IMG/VR virus record: IMGVR_UViG_3300023077_000001
Coordinates: 1 to 51,215 of that record
Direction: 5' to 3' (one strand)
DNA length: 51,215 bases
DNA from: a virus
Lineage: Duplodnaviria > Caudoviricetes
Shown: piece after piece, positions 36,792 through 46,245 of the stretch
Layout: every line of letters starts with the position of its first letter
How positions within the stretch are numbered: the stretch's first letter is position 1
Notes under the pieces: model-generated
Database searches by the model: none
What the model was told of the DNA's origin: nothing
Seen by the model: the letters and a program-made list of their open reading frames with translations, nothing else
Program-made: the position numbers and the translations under genes

Positions 36792-39095
36792 ATGTCAATG
36801 GATCAGCAATATCCAAGTATTTACCCGCCGAACGATATTAATCCGGCGAAAAAAGATATAAAGTGGGGAATTCAATATGCCAAAGCCGCCTGGCAGGACT
36901 GGAACTATACGGTACCGCGCACATGCTTTTACAACTCGGCGGATAAATATGAAGAGCTGAGGTTGTATGCGCAAGGTAAGCAGCCAATTAATAAGTATAA
37001 AAAGCTGATGGGGGTAGACGAACAGACTAACAACACATGGCTCGTTGTCGATTGGTCTGTTCGCCCCATCATCCCAAAGCTCCGTGATATCGTTATTTCA
37101 AAAATGATACAGCGAGAGTATAATATTGTTTGCACCCCTATTGACCCGCAGGCCAAGGCTGAACTTGATCATTTCTATGCCGACACCAAGGCGAAAATTG
37201 CTTTGCGTAAAGTAATGGAACAACAAGACCCCGAGCTCGCCAACCACCCCATGCTACAGCCGCAGCAGGGCGAGCCGCTGGATTTTGAAGAGTTAGAAAT
37301 GCGCATCGAGTTTGGCGAGCAGTTTAACCGTAGCCGCGATGCCGAGCAGGCCATCCAGCTTGGTTTTTACTGGAACGACTTCAAGCTGTTTCGGCGCAAA
37401 CTTTATGAAAACTGGTTTGACTGTGGTGTTGCCGGGTATAAAGAGTGGCTTGGAAAAGACAATCAGCCAAAATTTAGGGATGTGAACCCTGAGGCGGTCG
37501 TTACGAACTATTGCCGACGACCTGACTTTAAAGACTTAATTCATGCCGGCGAGGTGATCGACGTCTCTCTTATTGACTTGGCGGCTATGAAGGATGAAAA
37601 CGGGGAAAGTGTTTTCACCGATGAACAAATCGAAACCATCAAGGAAAACATAGCAGGGAACTGGAGTTCGCCAACCATGGTTGGAAGAAATACTAACTAT
37701 TTTAAGCCCTATGACAAACAGAAGGTGAAAGTCCTGGATATTCAATTCTACTCATACAATGAACTGAACTACGAACGTAATGTTAATCGTCGGGGCAATA
37801 TTATGTTTAATGAAGCTGAGTGGGAAAAACGCAATAATAAAAAGGACAAGTACCTGCGTAAGCGCTTCAAGGTCGTTTATGAAATAAAGTGGATTATCGG
37901 CACAGACCTGGCGTATGACTTTGGCTTGAAAAAGGACATGAAGCGCTCGGTTGATCCCAAAAAAATGGGTGAAACAACGCTCGACTATAAGTTCTATGCG
38001 CCATCCTTCTATGAAATGCGCACGCTTTCTTATATGGAGCGGCTCGTGCCATTGGCTGACGAGTATCAGCTTACCATTTACCATATACAGAATACATTAA
38101 ACAGGTTGGTGCCAAACGGCTGGTGGATTGATCTCGATGCGTTGGAAAACGTCGCTCTGAATAAAGGAGGTACGAATATGAAGCCGGTTGAGCTATTGCA
38201 GATGTTTTTTGAAACCGGGGTACTTGCCGGCCGATCCAAGGACGTAATGGGCGACAATGTAAACTACAAACCGATTATACCAATTGATAATAATTCCTAT
38301 GAACAACTGAGAGTAATGTATGAGCATCTGCAAATTACCTTAACCCAGATGCAGTCGATCATTGGCTTAAATGAGTTGACGGATGGCTCCACGCCGAACC
38401 CAAAAACCTTGAATGGCGTTGCGTCGATTGCTGTCGACAGTACAAACAACTCCTTATTTCCATTGCAGTTTGCTGAGCGGTTCCTCGTGGAACAACTAGC
38501 CAACGACGTTATGATTCGTATGCAACAGGCGGTGAAAAAGGGAGGCGTAGAGGGATTTGCCAAGGCCCTTAATTCCAACGCCCTTTATTTTATCTCGGTA
38601 TCGGACGAGTTGGCTTTGCGCGATTATGGGATCATGTTGGAAGAAAAGCCCAGCGACGATCAAAAGCAACTCTTATTGATGCAAATTCAACAAGATCAAG
38701 CGATGGGCCTGCTCGACAGCGCAGACGCTCTCTACCTCTTGAACGTATACAATGTTAAGCAAGCGCAACAAATGCTTGCCTACAAGGTGCGTAAGAATAA
38801 GGAAGCTGCCGAAAAGTCGAAGATGATGATTAACCAACAGACCATCGAAGGTCAGCAGCAATCCGCCATGATGGCCGAACAAATGAAACAACAGACGTTG
38901 CAAGTAGAGTGGAATTTGAAAACACAATTTATGGTTACCGAAAAGCAGCTTGAAAAAGAAATCAAGGCCATGGAGATACAGAGCAAGGGCATGATGAATG
39001 CCGAGAACAATCAAACTAAGTTAATAGAAACTGAAATGAACAACGATGTCAAAGAAAGAATTGCTTCGCAGCCTGAAGCTCAAGGAGTCGATTAA
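36792..39095 (+). CDS. Portal protein
   Basis: 767 aa after terL; LRLYAQGKQPINKYK, PIIPK, GLNELTDGSTP; Gln-rich C-terminal helix. Confidence 0.88.
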   Translation: MSMDQQYPSIYPPNDINPAKKDIKWGIQYAKAAWQDWNYTVPRTCFYNSADKYEELRLYAQGKQPINKYKKLMGVDEQTNNTWLVVDWSVRPIIPKLRDIVISKMIQREYNIVCTPIDPQAKAELDHFYADTKAKIALRKVMEQQDPELANHPMLQPQQGEPLDFEELEMRIEFGEQFNRSRDAEQAIQLGFYWNDFKLFRRKLYENWFDCGVAGYKEWLGKDNQPKFRDVNPEAVVTNYCRRPDFKDLIHAGEVIDVSLIDLAAMKDENGESVFTDEQIETIKENIAGNWSSPTMVGRNTNYFKPYDKQKVKVLDIQFYSYNELNYERNVNRRGNIMFNEAEWEKRNNKKDKYLRKRFKVVYEIKWIIGTDLAYDFGLKKDMKRSVDPKKMGETTLDYKFYAPSFYEMRTLSYMERLVPLADEYQLTIYHIQNTLNRLVPNGWWIDLDALENVALNKGGTNMKPVELLQMFFETGVLAGRSKDVMGDNVNYKPIIPIDNNSYEQLRVMYEHLQITLTQMQSIIGLNELTDGSTPNPKTLNGVASIAVDSTNNSLFPLQFAERFLVEQLANDVMIRMQQAVKKGGVEGFAKALNSNALYFISVSDELALRDYGIMLEEKPSDDQKQLLLMQIQQDQAMGLLDSADALYLLNVYNVKQAQQMLAYKVRKNKEAAEKSKMMINQQTIEGQQQSAMMAEQMKQQTLQVEWNLKTQFMVTEKQLEKEIKAMEIQSKGMMNAENNQTKLIETEMNNDVKERIASQPEAQGVD

Positions 39096-39097
39096 TA

Positions 39098-39149
39098 AAC
39101 CTGCTCTGTTTTTTGGTGGAAATATTTAAAACCCCATTAGATTAGGTGT
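39098..39149 (+). promoter_or_regulatory. Phage bipartite promoter-like motif
   Basis: AACCTGCTCTGTTTTTTG-N22-TAGATTAGGTGT immediately before ATG 39150. Confidence 0.8.
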
Positions 39150-39482
39150 ATGGCTCTTTATTATAAGAAGGTAGATGCAATTCAGTTCGATTTGACTGAG
39201 GAGCAAAAGAAAGCCATTGAGCAAAGGGTGCGGGTTTATTTCGAAAATGGCCCGGTTAAGCACATCGGCGGCGCGCAGTATGTAGCTCTGTTGCAGCGAG
39301 GTGAAGATGTCGTAAAAGTGTATAACGGACAGTGGCTTGTGCGTCACCCGGACGGTTATCTTCAGGTGCTTTGGCCGGATGAATTTCAGCGGAATTTTTG
39401 CGAACCCTCGCAACCTGAGGATTTTAAAATACTGAACGACCCTCTTTTGAAGAAATCGTATAATCAACCTACAACACTATGA
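39150..39482 (+). CDS. Small conserved phage protein (YxKK..AIQF type)
   Basis: YYKKVDAIQF...VYNGQWLVRHPDG...PDEFQRNF. Confidence 0.7.
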   Translation: MALYYKKVDAIQFDLTEEQKKAIEQRVRVYFENGPVKHIGGAQYVALLQRGEDVVKVYNGQWLVRHPDGYLQVLWPDEFQRNFCEPSQPEDFKILNDPLLKKSYNQPTTL

Positions 39483-40624
39483 CGAAGTTTTATGATACCG
39501 CCGCCGTTGAGGCCACTGGTGGCCTTGTGGATGTGGCGGCACTCATGGCCAAAGAAGGCATTAAAACAGATGACGCTAGTTCGGTTACAGTGCCGAATAT
39601 AGATACCACCGTTTCAGCCCAGTCAGAAACAAAGCAGGAAGATGCACGGCCAGCGGAGCCGAAAACTGAGACAGCTATCGCCACCGCACCGGTTGAGCAA
39701 GCACCTGTACAGCCTGCCAAACCTGAAACACCTGCGCCAGTTCAATCACCCCCGGCCCGTCCGGCAGAGGCAGACTGGCGTGAAGTTCTTAAAAAACAAC
39801 CTGAAGTTGAGATTATGAAGGCCATCGGCCTGGATGAAAAGATGATCAATTTTCTATCCAGGTGGCGAGGCGGGGAAGACCTAAGGGAGTACTTAGAAGC
39901 AGCTTCTACCGACTATTCGAAAATGAGCGCCGAGGAAATAATGAGACGTTATTACCGTAGCGAGTTTCAGAATGTTACACCGGAAGACTTCGAGGAAATC
40001 TATCGGATGAAAGTAATCGAGCAGTTTAAATTAGACCCCGATGTTTTTGATGAAAAAGATGTGCGTCGAGGTAAGTTGCTGCTGAATTATGAGGCCGATA
40101 AAATTAGGGAACAACTTGCAAAACGGCAACAGGAGTTGTTGTTTGCAAAACCGCCTGAAATGGGGCCATCGCCTGATGAGGCATTGGCCATGGCCGAAGA
40201 GGAGCAACGCCAGCAAGCTGTTGCGCAGTATCGGGGAACAATTGAAAAAGATGCATTCACCCAAGATTTGTTGAATAAAAGGCTGATGACTGTCGGCTCC
40301 GGCGAAGATGCTTTTAACTACGAGGTAAGCGAACCCCAGTCATTGCTGGATATCATATTTGATCCACAAAAGTGGGGTTCAAAGCTCTACGATGCCAATG
40401 GCGCACCTAATGTGCGAAAGCACATGTTGCTTGCTGCCATCGCCAATGATGACACGGGCTTTATGGAAAATTATGCAAAGCATCACCAACGAGTCGGGGC
40501 AAAAAAAGCTATCGAGCCTATTGAGAATGCATCCACAACGATAGGCACTCCGTCCAAAGGCGCCGAGTTGCCAACCGATCCCGCTGCTGCACTAGCACGT
40601 GCCGGGGTAATTACTTCAGGGTAG
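39479..40624 (+). CDS. Putative capsid scaffolding protein
   Basis: Acidic, Pro/Ala-rich N-terminus, helical body, directly upstream of capsid gene. Confidence 0.7.
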   Translation: MTKFYDTAAVEATGGLVDVAALMAKEGIKTDDASSVTVPNIDTTVSAQSETKQEDARPAEPKTETAIATAPVEQAPVQPAKPETPAPVQSPPARPAEADWREVLKKQPEVEIMKAIGLDEKMINFLSRWRGGEDLREYLEAASTDYSKMSAEEIMRRYYRSEFQNVTPEDFEEIYRMKVIEQFKLDPDVFDEKDVRRGKLLLNYEADKIREQLAKRQQELLFAKPPEMGPSPDEALAMAEEEQRQQAVAQYRGTIEKDAFTQDLLNKRLMTVGSGEDAFNYEVSEPQSLLDIIFDPQKWGSKLYDANGAPNVRKHMLLAAIANDDTGFMENYAKHHQRVGAKKAIEPIENASTTIGTPSKGAELPTDPAAALARAGVITSG

Positions 40625-40655
40625 TCATATTTATTACCCGCAAAATTAAAGAATC

Positions 40656-42008
40656 ATGGCAGTTACTCAGGGAACGCTCAATAAAGCGTATGTCTCAGCT
40701 ATTTCCCTTTTGGATCAGCGAGACATTAACCCAAATTTAATAGATGTCGCCCGGGACGCACAGTTCACGGATATTATGAAAGTGGTGAACAGGTACAAAG
40801 AAACAAAAGTTCCCACTTACAACCACTTTGTCAACAATGACGTTTTCGCTACTGCGGTCATTTCCTCAGTTTCTTCCGGTTATGGCACCTCCCGCATGAC
40901 CGTAGTGTTGACCGCTGCCACCGGTGGCTACGCACGCGTAGGCGACCTCGTGCGCATAAGCAACACGAACTCGATAGGTCGTTCCGCTCGTATCATGACC
41001 GTAACCAGTGTATCAAGTGTTGATACCATTGTTCTGCAATCGGTGGATAATACTCCTCTGTTTGCTGCGACCAATGATCAAATCACTTTCCAGTCAAATG
41101 CATTCAGTGAAAAGTCCGACACACCTGCAAGCCGGCGCTACCCTGTTACCAGGTACGTCAACCAGGTCCAGGTGTTTCGTGAAGCTGACGAGATCACCGA
41201 TATTCAGAAGGTTTCAAAGATTGAAATTTCAATCAACGGCCAACCGTACTACACGCCGCTTCAGCACATTTATAAACTGAAAGCGCTGAACGGTTTTATT
41301 TCGGCGCAGATGATTGCCGGTGTGCAATCCACCACCTTGTTCAGCGACTCAAACCCAATTCTGGCCGACAGCGGCAACCCAATTCAAACTACCATGGGGC
41401 TGGATCAGTACATCACCACCTATGGTATCAGTGACCAGGTTGCGTCGTTGGGCACCGTTGGCTTTTCTGATGTGGATGATCTCATTGACAACTTTCTGGC
41501 CAACAAGGCCCCGCTCGACCAACTCGGGTGGCTTGGTAGTAAAGCCCGTCGTCCATGGGATGTGTGGCTGAAAAACTTGGGAAGTTCAGGCGTGAATAGT
41601 GTTCGCCTGGTAATCGACGGTCGTGAAGTCGACTTAATGGTTGACCGGTTCAGTTATGGCAATGCGACATTTGAATTTGTGCATTTGCCCATTTTTGACC
41701 ACCCTCAATTGTTCCCTTTAGGCATCGTGCCTGAAATGGTAGGAAGCACCTACTTCACACCAAAAGATAAAGTGCAGGTAGAAGGCGGCGGAATGGAAGC
41801 TCGTTTGCAAATTCGCTATTTGCCTAAGCCTATGGCTGGCGGCAGCAGCGTTTCGACCGGTTCTAACGGTATTATTACCGAATGGTCTACCGGTGCGCTG
41901 GCGCCTATACCTACCAGTTCGCTGATGGTATGGCATGTCGACTGGTATACTAACCAAGGTTTGGAGGTGCTCGGTGCTAAGCATATGCAACGGTTCCGTG
42001 TAGTCTAA
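40656..42008 (+). CDS. Major capsid protein
   Basis: 450 aa after portal/scaffold; NQVQVFR, TTMGL, FEFVHLPIFDHP; followed by hairpin. Confidence 0.8.
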   Translation: MAVTQGTLNKAYVSAISLLDQRDINPNLIDVARDAQFTDIMKVVNRYKETKVPTYNHFVNNDVFATAVISSVSSGYGTSRMTVVLTAATGGYARVGDLVRISNTNSIGRSARIMTVTSVSSVDTIVLQSVDNTPLFAATNDQITFQSNAFSEKSDTPASRRYPVTRYVNQVQVFREADEITDIQKVSKIEISINGQPYYTPLQHIYKLKALNGFISAQMIAGVQSTTLFSDSNPILADSGNPIQTTMGLDQYITTYGISDQVASLGTVGFSDVDDLIDNFLANKAPLDQLGWLGSKARRPWDVWLKNLGSSGVNSVRLVIDGREVDLMVDRFSYGNATFEFVHLPIFDHPQLFPLGIVPEMVGSTYFTPKDKVQVEGGGMEARLQIRYLPKPMAGGSSVSTGSNGIITEWSTGALAPIPTSSLMVWHVDWYTNQGLEVLGAKHMQRFRVV

Positions 42009-42080
42009 TTTAGGCTTGGGTTATTTCTTTTTAATAGGTACAATCATGGGTGCACACGAGTGTGCCCGTGGTTTATTCAC

Positions 42081-42152
42081 GGCGGGGCGCGTGCTGGTTC
42101 GCTGACAGGTCTCATAAGCCCGTTTACAATGGTTCGATTCCATTCCCCGCAA
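42081..42152 (+). tRNA. tRNA-Met(CAT)-like, degenerate
   Basis: Acceptor GCGGGG/CCCCGC, anticodon loop CTCATAA, T arm AATGG-TTCGATT-CCATT; weak D arm, mismatch in anticodon stem, no encoded CCA. Confidence 0.6.
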
Positions 42153-42171
42153 TTCTTTAAAATCAACTTTT

Positions 42172-43071
42172 ATGCTTGAATCAACCGGAACGAAGGTTGT
42201 GTATAACAACCTCTCAGATCAACTAAGAAAAGACATTGAGGATAAGGCTGCGGAAGCAGGACGTTTTATTAAATATAAATTCGATATCGCTCGCAAAAAC
42301 CCGGACGTCGAAATGCGTGTTGGTGGGGAGTACCTGTATCCGTTGCTCTACTCACTTTCTCCAGTAACCTTCGATATAATCGATCCTTACGACAAGAAAA
42401 GAAAGAAGATTGGCTTGGTGAAGCAACTTAAAGAATTCGGCGCCGTAGATAACAGCTTTTACCGAGTACAAGTAAACGAGTGGGACCGGGGAATATTGAG
42501 GCTTGACATGAACAAGGCCGAAGACCGCGACAAATTTGCCTACTTGGAACTACATCCAAAATTGAGCGGGGGCGCCTTTCAGGACGCCAATTCCTATGTG
42601 GTAGTATCGAAGATCGATGATGTGAAGGCAGCGAGAAAATCGCTTGGCGAAAAAGAGGGCCGGGCCAACGCGATGTTTGTAGCCACGTCGATGACAGTCA
42701 GTGAGGTCAAAGATTTTGCATGCGCCATGGGCTGGGACGAGCACGAAGATATCGACATCCTCCGCGACCGTGTACTGGATATTGCAGACAAGACTCCAGA
42801 CTTCTTTAAGGACTTTATTAATAATAAACAGATCGAATATCGTGCGGTGATTAAACGTGCGATGGACAATAATGTAATTCAATTTCAACCTGTAGAAAAC
42901 AAATTCGTTTGGGGCAGTAATGGACAGACTATTGCGGTGCTTGAGCGTTGCGAAGGGGGTATTGAGGAAATACTGCAACGCATGTGTGACTGGATACTTA
43001 CAAGCAAGAACGGAAATGACGTGTATGCGCGCTTGAAGGGGATACTAAAAGTCCCTTCTAGTGCAACATAA
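42172..43071 (+). CDS. Conserved hypothetical protein of the capsid module
   Basis: 299 aa; FAYLELHP motif; position after capsid gene. Confidence 0.7.
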   Translation: MLESTGTKVVYNNLSDQLRKDIEDKAAEAGRFIKYKFDIARKNPDVEMRVGGEYLYPLLYSLSPVTFDIIDPYDKKRKKIGLVKQLKEFGAVDNSFYRVQVNEWDRGILRLDMNKAEDRDKFAYLELHPKLSGGAFQDANSYVVVSKIDDVKAARKSLGEKEGRANAMFVATSMTVSEVKDFACAMGWDEHEDIDILRDRVLDIADKTPDFFKDFINNKQIEYRAVIKRAMDNNVIQFQPVENKFVWGSNGQTIAVLERCEGGIEEILQRMCDWILTSKNGNDVYARLKGILKVPSSAT

Positions 43072-43125
43072 AGGTTGATACGCTCCTGATATTTTCATGT
43101 GGGAGCTTTTAAAAAATTTCTCAGG

Positions 43126-44331
43126 ATGGCGAACCTCTCTACATATATAGATTTCAGTGTAACCCTGGCAAAAGGAGGCGGTTCGTCATCCATGTTATTT
43201 TCCGACCCCGACAATTATCCGGCTGGTGTGGATGTCGGGCTTAAAGGTTATTTTACAATTACGCAGCCCGACACGGTAAGCATCACCGGGTCGTATGGCT
43301 CGCCCGACATTTCATGGAATGGCACAGCTCTTACTACAGCGAGCAAACAGTTACGCCTTCGCTCAGACGGGGAGTTCCAGCAGGGAACATATACGATAGT
43401 TTATCACATCACGGCCCCGGGATACGATGAGACGACGTTGACAAAAACTGTCGTCCTTGCTTATTCGACCCCCCAATTGGACATAACACAGGACTTCGAC
43501 GTTTTTACACCTGTCCTCAGTCTTGAGGATGAAACAGATTATGGACAGGGGAACATGACGCTTGATAACGTAACCAGGGATTGGGAAGCAACCATTGTAA
43601 CGGTAGAGGGGACGCCTCAGGACATCACGGGGTCCAATCAAATTTTTGACCTTAGCTATCTTGGGAGCTATTACGATTCGGAATATGATGTATCGCTTAC
43701 AGTAGTCGCCACGTATACACTTGACGACGATGATGACTGGGTTTCGCTTGCCGTGACAATAGAGTTTGAGGCCACCTATTATGCTTTTATTCCGCCATCC
43801 CTGAATGAATTGCTTGATTTGTTGACCGCGTACAAAGCTCAGGTTGATGCCGGAAATTGTATTTGTGGTACAGCATGCATAAATAACTGCACAAATCTCA
43901 AAAATACTTATGCACTGGCTGTTTCAATTTTTTCACACATCATTGAACGAGGGCGCGCTGGGTTAACAGACGGCTTAGACGCATATGTAATTCAGCTTCA
44001 AAAGTTGTTGAGTAATTGCGTTACTCCTTCCTATGAGAATACAGATGAAGCAATCCCGCCCTATGACTGGGGCACTGTAGCGTCTTCGAACTTTGCCTTT
44101 TTCAAACAAATGATTGTCGGTAGTGGAATAAACGGAGCGCCGGCCGATGGAGCAACCTCATATACGGATGCGCTCCTCGTTGGTAAGCGCGTTGTCGTTT
44201 TTCTCGACAGTTTGCTGATGGGTATAAGTCTCAGCGACCGTTTAAGCATAACGTTTACTGCCGGCAGTGGAACTATCACCTGGAATACCACCCTATCGGC
44301 GCCCCAGCTCATTTCGATTTTCACATACTAA
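43126..44331 (+). CDS. Putative structural protein (tail/fibre attachment)
   Basis: Acidic, Thr-rich beta regions plus Cys cluster CICGTACINNC; ATG 43126. Confidence 0.6.
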   Translation: MANLSTYIDFSVTLAKGGGSSSMLFSDPDNYPAGVDVGLKGYFTITQPDTVSITGSYGSPDISWNGTALTTASKQLRLRSDGEFQQGTYTIVYHITAPGYDETTLTKTVVLAYSTPQLDITQDFDVFTPVLSLEDETDYGQGNMTLDNVTRDWEATIVTVEGTPQDITGSNQIFDLSYLGSYYDSEYDVSLTVVATYTLDDDDDWVSLAVTIEFEATYYAFIPPSLNELLDLLTAYKAQVDAGNCICGTACINNCTNLKNTYALAVSIFSHIIERGRAGLTDGLDAYVIQLQKLLSNCVTPSYENTDEAIPPYDWGTVASSNFAFFKQMIVGSGINGAPADGATSYTDALLVGKRVVVFLDSLLMGISLSDRLSITFTAGSGTITWNTTLSAPQLISIFTY

Positions 44332-44334
44332 GCA

Positions 44335-46242
44335 ATGAAGAAATTATTAATCATACTTTTTGTGTTCGTTGCAAAAGCCGCCTCGGCTAATGGGCTGCCT
44401 CCCTTGCGCGACACTGTGCCGACCGGGGTGCCTCAATTGTTTGGCGGAGCATTTTATGAATTCGCAAAATACTTGTTAGCGGATTCTATGCTAATGGTGA
44501 AACACGGGGACACCAATGCAATTCCCAGATACCCCGCATTAAAATTTAAGGCTACCGATAACCGATGGTATGCGTATGATCGTGTCCGGTGGCAACGTTT
44601 GCTTTTCCGCTCCGATACAACGGTAACAAGCTCGGATGGCGTAAGCATCGTATCTGATGTTATTAGGCTTGGTGATGCAGCCGGCTCAAACACGGCAACC
44701 CTGAGTGCTGACCGGTTTTTAAGAAGCGGTAACAGATCGATCTACCTCCAAGGCGATAAGGTGGACAATGGAAATCCCAATTTCGTGTTTGATGATACGT
44801 TATCGGCAACAGTTGGCGACCCGAGATTTAAAAACTGGATGCGTATCAATTCGCTGGATCATGTGACGCCTGGATTTCATTTAGGTACCGCTAGTGTCGA
44901 TGATGGAACAGGTACAAGCCGCAACAACCATGTAATGAACTGGGGTTTCAATCTTGGCCCTAATAGCACAAGAGTTAATCCCAATTATTGCGCTATCGGT
45001 ATCAGTTGGGAGGGGGCCTTCCAGGGCTTGCAGGAGATGCATAAGTTTTGGGTTGACAAGAGTAATATTCAACACAGGATAGAAAGCTACACAATTGATA
45101 CGGCCGCAAAGTCCGTCGATTTATTCCACCAACTGAGTGCATGGGAATTAAAAGATGTTGATGCCGGGGCTGAAACATGGGTGGATTTTACGGGCGGGCA
45201 GGGACAGAACACTACCAATTTCCGCATGTATGCAGGGTCGACAAATCAATACCGACTTCAACAAGGATTTAGCGTAAATGGAGGCAACACTACTGCATCG
45301 TTCTCGACCACCGGACCTGGCAATACAGAATTTCATATTGGCGTCCCTGAGGGATGGGGAATGGTGGAGTTACCGGGCTTTACATCCCATAGCACCTATA
45401 ATTCAGTAAGCCAGCAACTGCTACCCTCTGGTGATGGCACTATCATTTTTGGTGATCCTACGGCAAGGTGGCAAAAAATAAACGGACTTTACTTGCGCGC
45501 CAGCAACGGGTTATTCATTGGCGATTATTCGGGTGACGAACTACCGATGGGATTAATTGATTTTGGGCCCAATAGATCGCTCGTATCCTACGCAAGTGGT
45601 GCCGCCGATGATGCAGTGATGCTTGTAAATAATGGCTTAGGGGCAAGTTTCGGAATTCGAAATTTAAATTCCGCAGGGTATTCCGGCGTCGAATATATTG
45701 GCGATGACGGTAACGTGAAAGTGTTCACCGGCTTCAATAATGGCAACGGGCAGGAATTTAGATTTAATAACATTGCCTCCGGCGGCTATATCCGTTTCAT
45801 CGCGGGCGGCGCCGAACGGCTTAAGATTAATAACACAGGTGGCCCTACCATAAACAATGCGTATACACTAACGGGTTCGGATGGTGCTATCGGATACGTG
45901 TTGACGTCAAACGCCGACGGAACAACAGCGTGGACCAACAGAGCAGTAACGCATTTAATGGAACGCGCAACGGATGCGAACGCCACGCTCACAACCGCAA
46001 GCGACGTTATTATCTTGCCTGCGATTACTGCAAACCGAACGCTTAATTTCCCGGCCACGGCAGTAGATGGGCGGGCGTATACCGTTATTAACATTAATAC
46101 GTCGGGTAACACGTGGCAGGTAGGCGGCGGATCGGTAGTCGACCAAGCGGGTGCGGCAGTAACATCAATTGCAAATAGTAAGACTTATACGTTAATTGGA
46201 GATAGCGTAGCAAATGTTTGGCGCGTAATAGCAAGCAATTAA
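44335..46242 (+). CDS. Tail-fibre-like protein with N-terminal signal peptide
   Basis: MKKLLIILFVFVAKAASA signal; GGAERLKINNTG, GYVLTSNADGTTAW and TANRTLNFP fibre-like segments. Confidence 0.6.
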   Translation: MKKLLIILFVFVAKAASANGLPPLRDTVPTGVPQLFGGAFYEFAKYLLADSMLMVKHGDTNAIPRYPALKFKATDNRWYAYDRVRWQRLLFRSDTTVTSSDGVSIVSDVIRLGDAAGSNTATLSADRFLRSGNRSIYLQGDKVDNGNPNFVFDDTLSATVGDPRFKNWMRINSLDHVTPGFHLGTASVDDGTGTSRNNHVMNWGFNLGPNSTRVNPNYCAIGISWEGAFQGLQEMHKFWVDKSNIQHRIESYTIDTAAKSVDLFHQLSAWELKDVDAGAETWVDFTGGQGQNTTNFRMYAGSTNQYRLQQGFSVNGGNTTASFSTTGPGNTEFHIGVPEGWGMVELPGFTSHSTYNSVSQQLLPSGDGTIIFGDPTARWQKINGLYLRASNGLFIGDYSGDELPMGLIDFGPNRSLVSYASGAADDAVMLVNNGLGASFGIRNLNSAGYSGVEYIGDDGNVKVFTGFNNGNGQEFRFNNIASGGYIRFIAGGAERLKINNTGGPTINNAYTLTGSDGAIGYVLTSNADGTTAWTNRAVTHLMERATDANATLTTASDVIILPAITANRTLNFPATAVDGRAYTVININTSGNTWQVGGGSVVDQAGAAVTSIANSKTYTLIGDSVANVWRVIASN

Positions 46243-46245
46243 ACT

